Shown here: positions 8,304 through 10,310 of the stretch, piece after piece
How the letters are laid out: each line of letters starts with the position of its first letter
Numbering within the stretch: position 1 is the stretch's first letter
Source of the DNA: Fibrobacterota bacterium
GTDB lineage: Bacteria > Fibrobacterota > Fibrobacteria > UBA11236
DNA length: 10,310 nucleotides
NCBI GenBank assembly: GCA_043753995.1
Contig: JAYUVP010000148.1
Location: 1 to 10,310 of the forward strand
Direction of reading: 5' to 3'
Program-made: the position numbers and the translations under genes
The notes under the pieces: model-generated
Database searches by the model: none
The model's input: only the letters and a program-made list of their open reading frames with translations
Told to the model about the DNA's origin: nothing

Positions 8304-8333
8304 ATGTTACCTCCGGGCATGCCAAACTGGCAA
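8304..8333 (-). promoter_or_regulatory. Putative sigma70 promoter of fdx
   Basis: Minus strand: TTGCCA (8333-8328), 18-nt spacer, TAACAT (8309-8304), just upstream of the SD. Confidence 0.45.
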
Positions 8334-8346
8334 GACGCCGAGGTGA

Positions 8347-8444
8347 GGGTCGGGGCAAGATCTAGCAATGCACTGAAGAGTATCTCGTTTACCGCCTGAA
8401 TGGCAAAGGAAATACAGGGGGACGTTCTAGATCTTGCCCAACCT
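8347..8444. repeat. Long imperfect inverted repeat / rod-like stem-loop in the divergent fdx-argC intergenic region
   Basis: Perfect 13-bp arms GGGCAAGATCTAG (8353-8365) and CTAGATCTTGCCC (8427-8439) separated by 61 nt. The spacer holds an inner imperfect stem (minus strand GTATTTC-C-TTTGCC / GGTAAA-C-GAGATAC). Confidence 0.8.
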
Positions 8445-8452
8445 GCTACTTT
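8444..8452 (+). promoter_or_regulatory. Putative extended -10 element of argC (possibly leaderless transcript)
   Basis: TGc-TACTTT, then TGCCCCC (7 nt), then ATG at 8460. No SD-like purine tract and no clear -35. Confidence 0.4.
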
Positions 8453-8459
8453 TGCCCCC

Positions 8460-9494
8460 ATGAAATTGAAAATCGGGATTTTGGGAGCTACCGGATTTAC
8501 CGGAGCCGAATTAGTGGGACTTTTATTGCGGCATTCCCAAGCGGAAATCGTTTGGCTCAGTTCGGAAAGTCAGGCCGGAGCCGATTATGCCTCGGTATAT
8601 CCCCAATTTCGCCATCGCCTGCCAGATTCTATACGCAAAATGGTATCCATCGAAGCGGCCCAATCCATGTGGGTGGACGTGGTTTTTTCCTGCTTGCCGC
8701 ATGCGGCTTCAGCCCAATCGCTTTTGCCCTTTTTGAAAAAGCGGGAGATACGCTGCATTGATTTGTCGGCCGATTTCCGTATTCAAGATGTCGCCGTCTA
8801 TGAAAAGACCTATGCCCACACCCATATCGCCCCGGAGCTATTGCCGACAGCGGTTTACGGCATTACCGAAGTAGCACGCGCCGCCTTGCGCGAAGCCAAA
8901 TTGGTGGCCAATCCCGGCTGCTATGCGACATCGGTGCAATTGCCCTTGCGTCCCTTGCTGAAAGCCGGTCTCATCAGCTCCAAAGGCCTCATTGCCGATA
9001 GCAAGTCGGGCGTCTCGGGCATGGGCCGCAAGGCTACCGATGCCTCCCATTATGTGGCCTGCAATGAGTCGTTTTCCGCTTATAAAATTGGCGACACCCA
9101 TCGCCATTTGCCTGAAATGGTCGAACAACTCAATCGGGTGTCTTCGGAGTCTGTGGATATGCTTTTCACTCCGCATCTCGTACCCATGGAGCGAGGAATC
9201 CTTTCCACGATTTATGCCGACTTGATACCGGGCAAAACCGCCGCCGATGTCAAGCTTGCCCTGCAACAAACTTATGCCGGCGAGCCTTTTGTGATCATTC
9301 GTGACGATTTGCCACGTACGGCCGAGGTGAGCCGCAATAATGAATGTCATATCCACGTCTATGGTCCCAAGTCGGGTGGCAAGGTGATTCTTGTCTCGGT
9401 CCTCGACAATATGGTCAAAGGCGCTTCGGGGCAGGCTTTGCAGAATATGAATGCCATGTTCGGCCTCGACGAAACTTTGGGATTACGCGGATGA
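8460..9494 (+). CDS. argC: N-acetyl-gamma-glutamyl-phosphate reductase (type 1), 344 aa
   Basis: MKLKIGILGATGFTGAEL (Rossmann fold), DVVFSCLPH, IDLSADFR, AVYGITE, VANPGCYAT (catalytic Cys), DSKSGVSGMGR, HRHLPE, FTPHLVPMERGIL, DNMVKGASGQALQNMN. ATG 8460 matches the family N-terminus better than 8400. Confidence 0.97.
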   Translation: MKLKIGILGATGFTGAELVGLLLRHSQAEIVWLSSESQAGADYASVYPQFRHRLPDSIRKMVSIEAAQSMWVDVVFSCLPHAASAQSLLPFLKKREIRCIDLSADFRIQDVAVYEKTYAHTHIAPELLPTAVYGITEVARAALREAKLVANPGCYATSVQLPLRPLLKAGLISSKGLIADSKSGVSGMGRKATDASHYVACNESFSAYKIGDTHRHLPEMVEQLNRVSSESVDMLFTPHLVPMERGILSTIYADLIPGKTAADVKLALQQTYAGEPFVIIRDDLPRTAEVSRNNECHIHVYGPKSGGKVILVSVLDNMVKGASGQALQNMNAMFGLDETLGLRG

Positions 9495-10267
9495 AGCGAC
9501 CCCTCCTGGTAAAAATCGGCGGATCCATGGCCGAGGACGATGCGGCCTTGCAAGCTATGGCAAGCGTCCTGGCGACCTTGTCCAAGCAGGGCCAAGCCTT
9601 GGTGCTGGTGCATGGCGGAGGTAAGGACATCAATCGCCATCTCGCCTGGTTGGGGGAACCTCCCCGCTTCAAGGATGGGCTGCGCGTCACTTCCGAAGAG
9701 GCCATGAAGGTCGTCGAAATGACCCTGTCGGGTTATGTGAATAAGAAACTTGTGGGTTACCTGGCTGCCGCCGGGGCCAAGTCGGCCGGGTTATCGGGTG
9801 TGGACGGTGCCACCTTTATTTGCACCCCTCTCGATCCCGAATTGGGCCAGGTAGGCCGCATCACCGAGGTAAATACCGATCTCATTTCTGCCTTGTTGTC
9901 GGCGCGGTTTCTGCCTGTAGTCTCTCCCGTTTCTGTGGATACTTCGATGAAGCATTATAACGTGAATGCCGACGATGCCGCTTCGGCCCTCGCCATAGCT
10001 TTAGGCGTTGAACGTTTGCTTTTCATTTCGGATGTTCCCGGCGTGCTCGATGCAGCGAAAAATCGAATTCCGCGGATTAGCGGTAAGGCTATTGAAGAGT
10101 TGGTTGCCCAGGGCGTCGTGCAAGGCGGCATGATACCCAAGCTGCGCGGCTGCGAAGCCGCGGTCAAGGCGGGTGTGGGAGAGGTGCATATTTGCGGCTT
10201 CACCAACGAAGCGGCTTTGCTCGATCAGTTGACGGGCAGCGTGAATTCGGGAACCATTTTAGGGTAG
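9491..10267 (+). CDS. argB: Acetylglutamate kinase, short form, 258 aa
   Basis: MKRPLLVKIGGS, VLVHGGGKDI, GLRVT, GLSGVDG, LGQVGRI, PVVSPV, YNVNADDAA, FISDVPGV, GGMIPKL, SGTIL. The ATG overlaps the argC stop (ATGA, 9491-9494). Confidence 0.97.
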   Translation: MKRPLLVKIGGSMAEDDAALQAMASVLATLSKQGQALVLVHGGGKDINRHLAWLGEPPRFKDGLRVTSEEAMKVVEMTLSGYVNKKLVGYLAAAGAKSAGLSGVDGATFICTPLDPELGQVGRITEVNTDLISALLSARFLPVVSPVSVDTSMKHYNVNADDAASALAIALGVERLLFISDVPGVLDAAKNRIPRISGKAIEELVAQGVVQGGMIPKLRGCEAAVKAGVGEVHICGFTNEAALLDQLTGSVNSGTILG

Positions 10268-10280
10268 GGTTCTAGAGTCT

Positions 10281-10298
10281 TAAACGGAAATCCGTTTA
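10281..10298. repeat. 18-bp palindrome downstream of argB (hairpin or operator)
   Basis: TAAACGGA-AA-TCCGTTTA: perfect 8-bp arms with a 2-nt centre, 13 nt after the argB stop. Confidence 0.6.
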
Positions 10299-10310
10299 TG
10301 GGGAAGGTCG

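Noticed and set aside
8347..8444. Assigning the rod structure as SRP (4.5S) RNA, 6S RNA or tRNA
   Set aside because: It lacks the SRP domain IV motif (CAGG...GGAA...GCAG), is much shorter than typical 6S RNA, and shows no cloverleaf or TTCGA T-loop.
8279..8459. ArgR (ARG box) operator upstream of argC
   Set aside because: Only a lone TGAAT half-site near 8397; no AT-rich 18-bp palindrome pair.
9344..9490. Longer argB start from the ORF track (9344)
   Set aside because: It lies deep within argC and has no NAGK-like sequence; the ATGA overlap at 9491 is the better start.
8424..10281. Near-direct repeat GTTCTAGATCTT (8424-8435) / GTTCTAGAGTCTT (10269-10281) flanking argCB, suggestive of an insertion scar
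   Set aside because: Only 8 bp match exactly before an indel, there are no mobility genes and the cargo is housekeeping; most likely chance.

Overview
Moderately GC-rich (roughly 55% by eye) bacterial chromosomal segment, mostly housekeeping genes. Minus strand, in reading order: a 75-aa ferredoxin with its own rho-independent terminator; a 636-aa protein with an XPB/Ssl2-type helicase-associated (Helicase_C_3-like) domain and a C-terminal WYL-like domain; dnaE (DNA polymerase III alpha), whose start overlaps the previous stop (GTGA); a SorE-like zinc-binding dehydrogenase; and the 5' part of fhs (formate--tetrahydrofolate ligase), which runs off the left edge and is missing from the ORF track. 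Plus strand: a translationally coupled argC-argB pair. I see no mobile elements, CRISPR arrays, tRNA or rRNA. The most notable observations are: (i) the helicase-associated/WYL-like gene is coupled to dnaE rather than to an XPB-like helicase; (ii) the DnaE PHP metal site looks degenerate; (iii) a ~98-nt rod-like inverted repeat sits between the divergent fdx and argC promoters; (iv) fhs and argC may be leaderless. All protein calls come from motif recognition by eye; no database searches were run, so novelty is untested.
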